Assembly: GCA_046563655.1 (NCBI GenBank)
Contig: CM102283.1
Location: 4,898,001 to 4,962,000, forward strand
Direction of reading: 5' to 3'
Length of the DNA: 64,000 nt
Origin: Yuukianura sp. NJ FZ-2021
Lineage: Eukaryota
Each line of letters opens with the position of its first letter. The stretch's first letter is position 1. The translations under genes and the position numbers were made by a program. This document shows, piece after piece, positions 1 to 14,159 of the stretch. Below the pieces are notes generated by a model, which had not been told where the DNA came from, did not search any database, and saw nothing but the letters and a program-made list of their open reading frames with translations.

Positions 1-280
1 TGATACCGCGACCTTTCGCATGCGGCTGGGTTGAGTTAAGTTGCGACCACCATTTACTATCATTAGAAATTGTAACTCTTGACTTGACATTAAAACTTGT
101 GTGCCAAATCAAAAAAACAACTAATTTTACTAACGAAACGGTACGACTCGACTTATATAGGTTTGACGTAGGACCATGGATGACGGTAGTTTCAGAATGT
201 TTTAAGCAGGAAGATTGTTCTAATACCGGATTAATTATAACGTCCAGAGGATAGATTGCCAGCAGTGCCATCCAGTCTCA

Positions 281-2446
281 ATGTGGTCCAATGTCATCAT
301 CGACGGTGACTCACCTCAAGGCAGATGTAAACACGCTGTAGTTCTGGTCAAACACGATTTGTATTTATACGGAGGTTGGTATTAAAAGCATTTAATCATC
401 CAATTACTAATAAATACGTAGTGCTTAAGCTAGGGACGAATTATTATGGAATTCTGAAAATTCAATCTACAAGTTAGTATGTGATCTGCTAGTATCTGCT
501 GCTTAGTGTATTCACGGGCTGAATAGCTGAGCTGAACTCATTAAATTTTTAGAAATCCAAAATGATTTTACTCTTTGGTAATTGCAGGCAAATCAGGATC
601 GTCGTATTTGAAAGACTTCTGGAAATTGGAACTTTGTAAGTTATATTGATGGAACTTGCAACGTAATGATGACAAGTGGCCTTTGCCTCTAACTAAGAAT
701 GTTTTTACTCGGATAGGTGCTGGGCGATGGAGTCGAGTCAAGGGCAGAAACTCTCCACCACCATTGCAGGAACACACCATGGTTCATCACCAGGAACAAA
801 TCTATATGTTCGGAGGAGAGATCGGAATCGGTGACAACACTCCGTTATGGATCTTCAACCTCAAAGTGCGTGGGATAAGCTCTAAAAATCATTGACAGTT
901 CGGGATTCGTTAGGATCAATTTGTTTTCAATGTTAGAAAATGGAGTGGAGGAAGTGGAAAGGAGACTCCAAAGTTAAGTCCCCTTCTGGGTCCAGAGGTC
1001 ACGTTGCTGCCGTGCATTCTGGTTACATGCTGATTCACGGGGGCTATCGTGATTTGAAAGGAAGCTTAGGAGATATTTGGGCGTTTCATTTTGGTAACTT
1101 TTAAAAGGCGATGAGTTCATACGTATGAACATGTTCATGTTAATGAGTTTAATACTGCTGTTTTCAGAAACGGAGTCTTGGCATATTTTCTATCAACACC
1201 AATCTCCTGCCTGGTACAACTCATTTCCAGCAGCTCGTCATTCTCATGCCGGAATTATGCACGGTGGAGGCCTCTTCATTTATGGTGGAATGTCAGATTT
1301 GGAGGAAAAGGGGGACTTCTGGAAGTTTGATTTAGGTAAACTCTAACCTCTCGTACCCGTTACAAAAAACTTCATAACTCGTTTTATTCAAACACAAAAC
1401 CAAAACGTTGTTTCTTGCATTCTAGACTCTCAGTGCTGGATTCAATTAAAATGCAAACCAAATCCAGGCGCGGTTGCGGGTCCTTTGATGACGAAAGCCT
1501 TTGGTTTCATCTTTCTTTATGCTGGTGACAGAAATGGACGAGCAACGGACGAGTTGTGGCGATTTTCGTTTTGTAAGCAAAATAACCATAGATTTTCTCT
1601 TGTACGCCGCCTCTTAACCATTCACTGAAAATTTTTTTTGTACGTTGCAGTCAGCGATACATGGGAGAAGTTTTCTTTTCACGGAGTTAAACCGACTCCA
1701 GCCCTATATGCCGCAGTGGCAATGCTTCCAGCCATTATTAAAGTGAAAAACAACTCCGGATTGACGACTAAACGTAATGGCGTTGCAATACAGGGAAGAA
1801 GGGAGGAAGACGGTTCTTATTGGTGGGACAACACGGCCCATGACGATGCCAAAGTCAGCACCGCAAACCACATGACTTCGCTCCTGAAACGCATGAGTAG
1901 TGGAACCTATCAGATGCTGGGATCTGCTCCGGACGAAGAATGTGACGAATGGAAAAACGGTGACTCCAGTCCAGATGAGTTTGACGACTCGCCACTCTCG
2001 CCGCAGCAAAATCCGAAACGATCAGAAACAACGACATGCTTCCGATCAGGTAACAGTAAAAAACAGTACCGTATGAGATACTCGAGAAGTTTTACAAGTC
2101 TAATTATTACGCAGCCTCCAGCGGCCATAACCAACGTGTTCACAAGTCAAACTCTGTTCGATTCTCTGACTTCGAAGCCATGCCAAACTCCACTTCTGAT
2201 TACGCTTCCATGGAGACACTGGAGGAGTTGAGACGAAATGGTTTCGAAAATCCCAATTACAACACACCACCAGAGATGATCGAAATGCAAACGCTATCAT
2301 CGGATGCTGGGCCTGGAAGATCCGATATTGAAATAACAACACCCAACTACTTGCTTGTTATCGGAGGTCAGCAGACGTCCAACCTTCCAAAGATGCCAAT
2401 TAGCATATGGAGACTTCGAGTGGCCAAAGACCTGTTGGAAAACTAA
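281..2446 (+). CDS. Kelch-repeat (beta-propeller) protein, spliced, about 8 exons
   Basis: ATG at 281 (MWSNVIIDGDSPQGRCKHAVVLVKHDLYLYGG). GT-AG exons at 281-374, 588-635, 717-~866, 937-~1093, ~1168-1336, ~1425-1572, ~1651-2049 and 2115-2446 join in phase. Repeated kelch motifs: H...hYhYGG...DFW (IYMFGGE, MLIHGGYRDLKGSLGDIWAF, LFIYGGMSDLEEKGDFWKF). Confidence 0.85.
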
Positions 2447-2836
2447 TTCTCTCTGGCTGTGTATTCACAGAAAGTGTTGATAATTGTTCCTTTTAAAATT
2501 CGTGTCGGTGGTGTGATTGTCCTTGTGATTGTGCCTCAAGCAACTCATTCCTCCAATTATTTAGGTTTAGTTAGCTTTCTTACTGACTTTTTAATATTCT
2601 AACTTGTATTTTTGGTGTTTTTATGAATAATTTCAGCGTCAGGCTTTAATTAAGTTAATTTAAATTAAACAGTGTGTGCTAGTAGCTGAAGCTTTTCTAC
2701 ATTTAGTTGCTGGGACAATAAAGATAAGGGGTTCGTCTTCGTATACGTTAACTTTAGGTGGTGTTTCGACTATGAATTTAGATTTCGGTTAAATAAGAGG
2801 TGGCGTGCGACGAGGGGGCTGCTGAGATTGCTGCGT

Positions 2837-3914
<1,078 letters not shown>

Positions 3915-4397
3915 GAGAGTATTGCTGAAAGGCCAAGGAGTGGAAAACTACGACGGGAGGCTGTTGTTTCGCCGTCAGCCAGTTTGGTTGGAAATGTTCA
4001 TGTCCTGAAGTTGTCTTGATGTCTCGACTGCCCTCACTTGAATGTGACCAAGACGAGTTTCGTCCAGGTATCTGGATCCACTCCATATCCCCTAACGAAC
4101 TTCATCTTTAGAGAGAGGGGCGGATGTCACAACTAACCAGATCCTCTGTGAAACTGTAAGACTATAGTTCAAGTTAAATGGGGGATATCAAGGATGTAGC
4201 ACTCAAATCCACAGATTTACACAAAACTTTTAATTCCCTTTAAAAAAAATCCAAAACAAAGAGGAATGAAATGAAGCAAATGAAACGTTATAAGTTGTAC
4301 AAAGTTTGGTTAGGTTATTGTTTTGATATGAAAATCGAATGCTTCCTGGATTCTTATTGTTGCCGTAAATATCAATTATACTTGGACACTATAGACA

Positions 4398-5673
4398 CTA
4401 AAGAGATAGTTCGGATTCCAATTGTAAAATTCTAATTTCGTCTGCCAATGAAATCGAACAAACCTTTGCGCTGCTTTCGTGCACTGGATCTTTGATAAGA
4501 TGCTGCTCCAGTATGGAGCTTATATCAATCACATTGCCTTCCTTCCGGGAGTGATTTTCTTGCAAGTATAACGGAACAGCACGAACTTCGTCGTCACGTC
4601 GCACCAATTCTTTTATCCACTTCACCCGTTCCAGGCATTTGGCTTGGGCTAATGTCGTGGCTTCGCTTAAAATGTCGTAGTTGATTGCGGTAGTGCAATG
4701 GAGATAACAAACTTCCTTGCTCTCATTTATTCCAATCAGCACTTTTCCCGGGAAAATCTGAAGTGACAACAAAACGGCATATACTTTAAACAAACTTCAG
4801 CGTTTTAGCGAATTATCCCATAAAAATGTCTTACGTCTTCTTCTTGTTGATCCGGTTCTGCCAAAATTTTGTTAGTTGGGGTTAGGACGAAAGACGTAAG
4901 AATAGGATGGTGGTGAAGATGCAGGCGAACAGGAACTGCCTCATCCAAAGTCAACACTGTCAGTTTTCCCGTGTTCGTCTCAACGCTCGCTTGCGGCATT
5001 CGAAAGGTTAACAGTCCACCAAGCACGGCCAATGCAGCAGCCTCTGCTAGACAGCCGTTTGTGTCTAGGATGTGAACGTCGATCCGCAAAACCCACACCT
5101 AAGGTAATAAAAGTGCTTGTCATATCATTTAAAGGTTACGTTTAAAGGCGGCAGAGAAGCGCAAACCTTTTCCCCGAACTTGATACAAAGAGACTCAAGG
5201 TCAACAACACGGTTGTCCTTAAACAATTTCTCAAGAGTTCTGGCGATAATCGCTGGTTTCTTAGCTCCAGAACCTCCTCCTCCAGTTTCTCCAGTTGCAC
5301 TGGGTGAGATCCATGCTGACACGGTCAAAATCCCCTCTCCGGGGCGTGATTCGCTGGGTTCTCCGACTGACGCAGATACCTGTTGAGAGCAATACGGCAA
5401 ACAATTTAGCAAAATTGTACTATACGAATGTATAAAGATCAAGCGTCGAGTCAAAGTCCTGTGCGTGCGTAGCTTGTAAATAATAATAATACTTGCCTGA
5501 CAGAACACTCGAGTTCCTTCGGGAAAAACCACTTCACAAGACCCAGCGGTCTTGCCGAAGGTCATTTCACTGGTCCTGAAATCGTTCGGCCGTGTGCCGT
5601 TCAGTCGGAATCCGAGTTCGGATACTGCAATTGCAAGGCTTCGATTTGTGTTAGGAACAACTTTAGGTCTCAT
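4398..5673 (-). CDS. EXOSC9: RNA exosome core subunit RRP45 (RNase PH-like)
   Basis: Exons 5673-5497, 5379-5167, 5098-4835 and 4757-4398. Motifs: TRVFCQ|VSASV..RPGEGIL, VVDLESLCIKFGEK|VWVLRIDVHILDTNG, LLTFRMPQ and LHLHHHPILTSF, which match RRP45. Intron 1 is GC-AG. Confidence 0.88.
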
Positions 5674-7793
5674 TATGCGAGAGCGACCCTATTTAGTACA
5701 CTCAACTTAACCAGTTTACTACAGCTTTAGCTGCAATCCACGTTCACCTTTGAAAGTAAACAAAAGGTTTACTAGAAAATAGTTTAGGTCATTCAATTAA
5801 GTTAGATCAACAGCTTAAACCGTATTAAGAAATTGGATTGTTGGGTTGGTTAAGCTAAGGCTTAGCGACCGTAATCAATAACAGGGCGCGGTGTACTACC
5901 ATTGGCCATTTTGTGTGTCTATTTTAAGCGGGTGCCGGTACATCTAGTGGCAAAATTAGTAGCCGTCTGACCTTAAAAATGTAACCTAAATTGAAAGCAT
6001 TAAGTAGCCGCTGACGCTAAGTGGATACACTGTAAGATTACAGTGACACTTGTTAAGCCTTATTCCAACCGCTGTGTTTTATTTTATTCTAATACGGCTT
6101 ACTTTTACTTTTAAATTTGTGTTCGCGGTTCTCGTTTCAACCTGTCTCAAACTAGGCGGTACTTTGTGTAGTAGTTGACTAATCCTCAGAATTGAGGTTT
6201 CAAAATTTGACTAAAAGCTTATCTTTGTGTGTTGCGTCTCTTTAGACGTCACATTCACTGATTTGCAGCTTATATTAAACCAGGTCAATAGAAAAAAAAA
6301 TTGAAAATGATCTCAAGGAATGAAAATCAGCTCAAGGAATTCGGCACGTGGAAACAAGATGTACAAATTCTATAAGATTTCTAGACGTCGCTTCAGGGTT
6401 GAACTTGTGGTGATGGTGCGAGAGCTGCTTTGGCGGCATGGGAATGGATGAAAAATGATTCATTTCTTCGTGTTGGGGTCGAGGTCAACTCGGAGGTTAT
6501 TCTCAGATCTCGTAAATTCAACATGCCAAGGTCAGCATAGACACTGGACACGCGGTTGATTTCAAAAGGTAAAGTGAATGACCGCATACTCCAAATGATC
6601 CATTGCTTAAGTCAGCCGTAACACGTAGTTAAGCAGCGCATTTTGCAAAGGCAAAAAAGAGTAAATAAATTACTAAAATTTAAAGGCTAGCTAAAAGTAT
6701 TTTCAGCAAAATGTGGAAATTAGGTAATTGGGTTTTGAAATGTCTCGCCATTCAAAATTTTGTTTACGCTGCGATTGAACGTTACATGAAGTTAGGGGCC
6801 AGTATGAGATATGTGGACACAGTATGGCCTTGTCTGACCTTACGAGCACAACCACTCCCACACACCCGCCAAGCCCAGTGTCAAGTTACATCACAAGTGG
6901 AACAACAACTTTTCAACACCGTAAAAATCCACTGCTCAGGACCAAACGCTGACAGTTCTTTCAAAAGCCGAAAGCTGATACTCTTCCATATTATTCCTGG
7001 AATATGCCGTTTTGGCCTCTATAGCCACTTTGAGCACGCGCAGTCAAAACAGCATTCCTGTCAGTTATCGTGTTTACTACTCTGAGCAACCAAACGTCAT
7101 TTGCTTCAATTCTCATCTTAAGATGAGAATAGTCAACTTTCCAGGCTCAGTCGATCTCCAACCCTTTCTCAGAACGGACTTCTTTGTCGTGTCACTTTAG
7201 AGAAGAACTGAAAGGGCCCGACACTTCCAAAGAACAAGATTAGTTACAACAACAGATCACTTTTCAAATTCTAGTTATTTCAATATCTTCATTTCTCAAA
7301 ATTTTGATTCTACGTTATTCATCCAAATTCTTCTGAAGTTTTCGTTTCTCTGTGGTACTTCAGAATTCCGAAGTTTGTGAAAATTGTTTCAGTTTCATTT
7401 CCTTTGTGCCTGGTAAGGAATTTTTCAATGTCATTTTTTTAATGTTTCGTGATGCAATTGGATTGTCCTTTCTTCTCTTTACATTGAAGAAGTAATTGAC
7501 ACCATTTGGAATTTAGTTCAATGTTACCAAAGCGAGGAAGGGAAGTTGTAAAAACGACTCGAGAAGACTTGATTCTCTATGCCCCAATGGGAATGGACTA
7601 TGAGCAGTTGATTTAGTAAAGTGGTCACTGCGCACACCCAAAAATCACCTTCAAAATTGCAATCACAAGATGGTGGTTCAGTGAAGTGAAAAAGCATATG
7701 AGTGTTTTCAACGCATCGGTTCCACAATTTCCTATGAAAGCGCTTGAAACGTTTCGTTCGTGAGACTTTTCCAGGCGAAAGCGCTTCCTCGCA

Positions 7794-10700
7794 ATGACAC
7801 CAACCATTGACCTGCTGACCCGTATGCTCAGCTTCTTAGTGCTCTTCGGGCGATCGTTCTCTGCCGAAGGTGTGACTGTTTTGACGGAAAGAGAAGAAGC
7901 GTCGTTTATTCGCAACGGATATGCCAAGTTTACGGACAGTTTCCCGATTGTGAACAAGTGCTGCCCCCTGGGTGAGAGATGGGTGAGCGGAGGCGGATGT
8001 GTGACCTCATCGGAGTCTCTTACCCACAGAATCCACAACTCGGAATCCAACACTTATCAACTGGAGTCTATGGAAGCATCTTGGAATGACGTAGGTTCCA
8101 TCAATGTCAATACCACGCGCCCCCTCGTTGACGCACCAGTTGTATTCAGGTAAAACAAGCAAAAATATTGATAAAATGGGGTAAAAACTAGTTGGGTAAC
8201 ATTTCAAATGCCACTGACGAAATAGGCAGAACACGATAACAAAACAAAATTCTTTCCTTATAACAACTTTGAAAGACTACGTAAATACCAACATTTTTGT
8301 TATAAGTTTGCATTTACGTAGTCTACTGGAATTGCATCTGTCGCAACTTGCGAATCGCAACACGGACACAACTCTTGAAATGATTTTTCAATTACTATGT
8401 GACGTTGACCTCTTGTGTGATGCTTTAGATGACCTTTGATCCGGAAGACTATCAGTTGTGGTGAAAGAAAAAATATTTGAAAAATTTTAGCAGTTGTGGC
8501 ATTAATAGGGCTAAACGACTCCATTCCATGCCGCTAGGCCGTATGAATTATGCCGTCAGCCACAAGACCCTATCGTTTCTAATGCAATTTCATCGAATGA
8601 ATTATTTACAACGACACGGATTTCCCCGAATGAACTTCCCAAAAACCAATTACAACGAAAGTTAAATTGCCCCGAAGCGAATTATAACGAAAGTGGAATG
8701 TGATTCTTTCCAGAAAATATGGCGTGCTCCAAAATAAGGTGGTGGAGTCGGCCATTCCAGACATGCCAAAGATATTTAGTTCGCATGGCTGTAATGTTAG
8801 CAAAATCAATGTTTCGAGTCTTTTTGTTACTATAGTTCATCTATTTTAAGAAGGCGGGTTTGAAATTCGCGCAAAAGTTTTATTTTTGTTTACTGTTACC
8901 CCGGTTGACTTAAGATAGCTGTTGCGCATGTGTAACATGTGCAACAGCAACTGCGCACGAGTGTCTTCTTTGTTCAAAACAGGTCAATTCCTTATTTTCA
9001 TTCTATCTTATGTTTAACGTGGTTTCTCTTTCGTTAACTATTTGTTACTTCCATCAATAATGGGTAACGGGAAATGCTTTTCCTGGCAATCCAAGGAGAC
9101 GATTTGCCAGTACAGTGCTAACGTTTCAAGAAGAGAAAAGAAAATTTGAGAACAAAGTGAAGTTGGGACACATGAAGCATTCGGATATTCTCATAGACTA
9201 TCTGAATGTCACCGATAGAACTGCCAAAACATTGAAAGTACGCAAGTGAAACTTAACTTCGTGAAATGACTTGGCGGTGCACGGCAAACCCTTACTTTTG
9301 CAAAAACAGGATCGAAGTGGACAGCTTCACGGAAGGCGTAATTAGACGGGCCGTTTTATTCGCATATTCCAACAAAACGTTTCGTACTCTGGACTATTTG
9401 CACAAGAAGTTACAGGAAGATCCGAATTTTCCAAGAATGTGCCGAGCAACATTGCACAAAATCATGACCCATCAACTAAAGTTCAAGTACGGCACATTTC
9501 AGGGTAAACCAGTTCCCCTCGACCGTCCGGACATTGCTGCCGGCCGTGCTCGGTATCTCCGAGCAATTAAGCAGTTTCGCTCTGATGGATTTCATGTAAA
9601 TCAGCATTTACGCTCCGAATCCAGCGAAGAAGAGAGCGATTAAGTTTAAAAAAAATTCACTTAATTAGGATATGGGTTGTCGTAATTAAACTTTTGTAAA
9701 TAGGTAACCTTCAGAGGAATTAAGCGTCAATTTTAAATTTACCTTTTCTGAGTACGAAAAATTGGTCGCGCCTTAACTCAACCCGTCAAATTTTACTTCC
9801 GTTGCTACTAGGAACAGCGCAAAAATAAATTTCAAACCCGCCTTCTTAAAATAGATGAACTATAAATATTTATTTATTTACCCATGCCGCCATGCCCTTC
9901 TTAATGTTAAGTTCGCAAATATTTCGAGATTTTTCAGTAAATATTGTATTTATTTAAATATTTTGCTGTTTTTAGTAAATATTTTTGGCAAGTCTGCATT
10001 GCAGACTTTTCCGGCTTTTTAGTCATAAATTCAGGAATATGGTCATTTGGAACACTGACCAGGCAAAAGGCTTATTAGCTAGTTATGGAAAGCGAACCGA
10101 TTTATTCTCATTAATTAAAGTTTATAGTGTTGAATCTTGTGAGCGTGCTAGGGACAATCCGGAACTTTGAACTTCATGGTATGCACTGTCATGTAGAAAG
10201 GGCTAACTCCAGAAATGAGTAATTGTAGATAGTTAAAGGGGAAAGGGTTGACGATGACATTGGAAAATGTCATCAACTCGCAGCAGAGCAGTGTAACAGG
10301 ATTCAGAGAAGAGGTCACTGACGCCCAGTAGAAAACGTAAACTTTGCTCTGATTAGATTAGTTTCCTTTTTAATTTCTCCATTCTTCTGGAACACAAGTC
10401 ATGTGAAGCTTTGAAACTCTGTCCATTCGTTAATTTAACCAGTTTCAACATTCATAGCGGAATTCAAAGTTAATGGGAAGGCGTGGGAAATCCAGATCAG
10501 GTTTCCTGCTTCATCGCATGCGCAGTCTGTTCCAAATGTAATCCACGGGCCACAACGGCCATGAAACTACTTTGCGAATATTAACTCCAGCGACCTTCAA
10601 GTCATTTTTTCAATCCAACTCTGGTCAACCTCCAAACCAATTTGAATTTGTAATGCTAAGGAAAAAACAGGACAAAGGAGTCTGATTTTCTTGTTTCTTT

Positions 10701-13492
10701 AGTTTTTGCAAAGTTTTGTATAGAAGTGATGAATATAAATTGGCTTGGGTGTTGGATGCCCTGGATGTGCTTTGTTCGCTTTAGTTTACTCCAAATCAGA
10801 TAACATGCAGGGGAAGCGCCACATTTTGAATTTCAAATTTGACTACTAAACGCTTTTCCTTTTCCATTTGCAGACTTCGTGTCTCAATGCCAAAATGTTT
10901 GTCATCATCGAAAAAAATGATCGAAAAAATCATTCAGAAGGACGTCCTGTCGAAGGAGAAGATGCTCAACGTCTCCGAAGTTTTCCGAATGCATGAAAAC
11001 GAACCTACTTCGTTCGTTTTCCTATCTACGGATGGTCAGCTCATCTGGAAAGACGAACTTGGGCTAATGAGCATGTACAAATCCACGGACTTTTGTATTG
11101 ACCAGTGAGTACATCACTAATGACAATTCTGCGGAAATTGCAGCTTCTGCGCAGTACTTTACAATGAAGCCGTTTAATTTTCTTGGGTTCTACGCAGGAT
11201 AAATGACACGGCGTTCATCGCGTTGACTTGTGAGCCACGGTGTAACGCCGAGCAGCCGTGCGTTCCCAAGTGCTGCAGTCCAGGGGACATTCTGGACACG
11301 GACAAATGGAGCTGCGTGTCAAGCGAAAAGGAGTGGACTCCGTCCCTTTACAACCAAAATGCTTTTGTTCCTACACAGTCCAATGCCGCTGACAACGCCC
11401 ATTACATCTACGGCATCCCAGAGTGCGACTCCTACTCGTTCACACCCTGGCAAAACTTGGCAGAAAAGTAACAGCAGAATTCTAAAATTAGAAATTAGGA
11501 AATTTATATTTCGCCTCATTTTGAAATTTACTGATTTCGAAATTTTGTGCTTCAAGAATGTACGTTCTCACAAACGGATCACTGATAACGGTTGCTCGAG
11601 GCAGAACAGTCGTCTATCCACCAAACACGTTTTGCGTAGATGGAGCTGTGGAACCCAACACGCATGCGCCAGACTCAGCTCCGTTGGATCCACAAGTCAA
11701 GTCTGGTGGTGGGACGAAATTGGATCAGGTTGCGGTCATATGCTATCCACCAATTGCTAACATTTCAAAAGAGGTAGGCAACTTTTCATTAAAAAGTAAG
11801 CGCTAATTTTTTCAAAAAGCAGCGTTTTCCTTAAAAAATAATTTCTGTATCATTTAGGATTGGCGATATGGCGTTTACGCCAAATGCGAACTCGTGTCTT
11901 CCCTCTTCCTGCTGCTTACAGCATTTGTATACTTGCTGTTATGGGAGTTTCAGAACATCCACGGATGGCTTCAGTTCGCATACGTCGTTTCCTGTTTCTT
12001 TTCCTTCACGTTCCTCGCAACAGTCCAGCTCTACACCAATCAGATCAACGACATCGATCAGAATCTCTGCGAATCAATGGGTACTAAAGAAGTGAATTTC
12101 GCTGGTTTATTTGGAAAGTCACACTTCCTTTGAAAAATTTCATCACTTTCTGTTTTTATTCCAGGCGCAATTATTCACTTTTCTTTTCTTGCCGCCTTTT
12201 TCTGGTTAACCTCAATGAACTTTGACCTCTGGTGGACCTTTAGGTGAGATTCAAACAAAAACAAATTTGTATTCAAGAGTTGGCGGATATTTCGAAACTG
12301 CATCACAAGCTGAGATAAAACCAAAGATAATTTTGTGTTTTCCTGTTTTCAATTTTTTCAGCGGATGCCGTCCTCTGCGTCCAAGTTCCAAAACTGGAGA
12401 CAAAAAACGATTCATAATCTTCGCCATCTTCTCGTGGGGATTTCCCGGAATCATCGCTGGCATTGGATTGGCTCTCGACTTCCTCTACGAGTACGTTGGC
12501 CAACAAAGAAAAAAAAATTTCAATGACAATGATTGTTTTTAACAGTTTTTTTTTCGTTTTCTTAGAGACGAACCAGATTCTGGAGTTGTGAGACCGCGAT
12601 TTGGAGAGCGAAAGTGTTACTTCTACGGAAGTGCAGAGCAACTCCCTTACTTTTACGGCCCTGTTGGCGTTCTTCTTCTCATCGATTTGATTTTCTTCAT
12701 CAACACGGTCTACTCTCTCCAGAAATTGCAGCAAGACACCAAATTTGCAACGAGGCAGAGCTCCAAGCAGGACAAGAAAAAGTTTCAGAAAACGTAATTT
12801 TATAAACGTGAAATTCACTTTCTAACACTGATTTGATTTTTTTTAGGTTTGTACTTTTCATGAAGATTTTCATTGTGATGGGCGTATTATGGATTTTCGA
12901 GGTCATCAGCTGGATTGTGGAGGTTTACAGTTCAAATGAACCGCTAAAAGACGCTTTCATTCCATTTGACATCATAAATGCCTTGCAAGGTCTCTGGATC
13001 TTCATCATTTTCACTTGCAAGCCAAACACATGCAAGCAGCTAGAAGGGAAATTCAAAAAGCTATCGTTGCTCTTAGAGCGCCAGCGCGGTAAATCCATCT
13101 CATTATATCAAATAGTAAATCTATATAAAAAAAAATCATTATTAGCATTTTCACCTTTTTCAGAACAAGATGCGCTGGAGATAGGAAGTCAAAGAAGCAA
13201 GTTTTGTCAGTCGTTTGGAAATCGGTTGACGCTTTGCGCATGTGCTCTTCTGCTTCCAATTGTCAATGCTTTTCGACGAATCTTCCACATTTGTGGTCAC
13301 AGAAAGAGATCTTCGATGGACAATAGGAGAGTTCGCTCCAACACAATCACAGTCACCTCTGGAACATTCGACAAAAGTCGGAAGTTTAGTGACTGTTCCA
13401 CAGCCTCGACGTATACCACAACAGATCCCAGCTCCACTTACGAAATGGAGTCAAAGTACAATCGAATCCACTCCATTAACAGTAGTACTTAG
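7794..13492 (+). CDS. Methuselah-like class B GPCR with two tandem Cys-rich ectodomain modules
   Basis: N-terminal signal peptide. Exons 7794-8149, 10874-11104, 11198-11467, 11557-11773, 11858-12080, 12165-12243, ~12362-12491, ~12567-12793 and 12847-13492 (tail splicing uncertain). Mth motifs: VNKCCPLGE..FCID, CVPKCCSPG..FCVDG, QNIHG, FFWLTSMNFDLWWTF, RPRFGERKCYF, YFYGP, KIFIVMGVLWIFE and NALQGLWIF. Confidence 0.9.
8833..9862 (+). mobile_element. Internally deleted IS630/Tc1/mariner-superfamily DNA transposon in intron 1 of the GPCR
   Basis: Perfect 35-bp TIRs (TAGTTCATCTATTTTAAGAAGGCGGGTTTGAAATT) flanked by TA on both sides. ORF 9266-9643 resembles a DDE_3 transposase N-terminus (VIRR...RTLDYLHKKL...RATLHKIM...LKFKY...DRPDIAAGRARYLRAIKQFR) and is truncated before the first catalytic Asp. 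Confidence 0.85.
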
Positions 13493-14159
13493 AAAATTTC
13501 CAGAAATAGATTTTTCTTTATATTCATATTCACTTTCCAACTTCCGATCGCTGATTTGTTCAAACCTGAACATAGCTCGACTCGTAGAACTTTTTCTATT
13601 GTTAAAACGTAGCATTTACCTTAAGACGTTCAAAAGCACAAAATAAAGTTGGTGCATTTTTTAAAAACAAAGTACCTGAACAAAATACCGCTACTAGCAT
13701 TTTTTTTTTCAAAAACCGAAGAAACTTTGAAATTGAATTGGCCGTAGTATGGAATAAAAAGTGGAAGGTGCGAAGGGATATGATGTTACGGAGTTACATA
13801 AAGTTCCTAATCGACTTATGTATTGAAAATTTTTAAAAAGCAAAAAAAAAATAAATTTTTTTCCCAAAAAGTCAAGGTCGCATTTCTGAATTGAAGTTAG
13901 TATTAAAAGGTAGACAATTGACGTTTCTTGAATCCATTTAATCAATCAATCAATCAATTTTTATTTGATTTGGCCTTTTGCCCTATCAATTACAAATCCT
14001 GCAGCTCGTTTAAGTTAAAGTAATAAATCAAATTAGCATAAGTCAAACACGTAGAAAAGGTAAAATAAGTAAGATGATGTAACTAATACAGAGTCCATTA
14101 TGAAATTTGGAGGATTTGATGAAGTGTACCATGGGGGAGAATTACCGGACTGCCCGGGT

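Noticed and set aside
5938-5951. Possible CTCF site (reverse strand CCACTAGATGTACC) upstream of EXOSC9
   Set aside because: It lacks the GGCGC half of the consensus, so it is too weak to call.
6393-7727. Short ORFs between EXOSC9 and the GPCR, and the many antisense ORFs overlapping real exons elsewhere
   Set aside because: They have no recognisable motifs or consistent splice structure and are best explained as chance or shadow ORFs.
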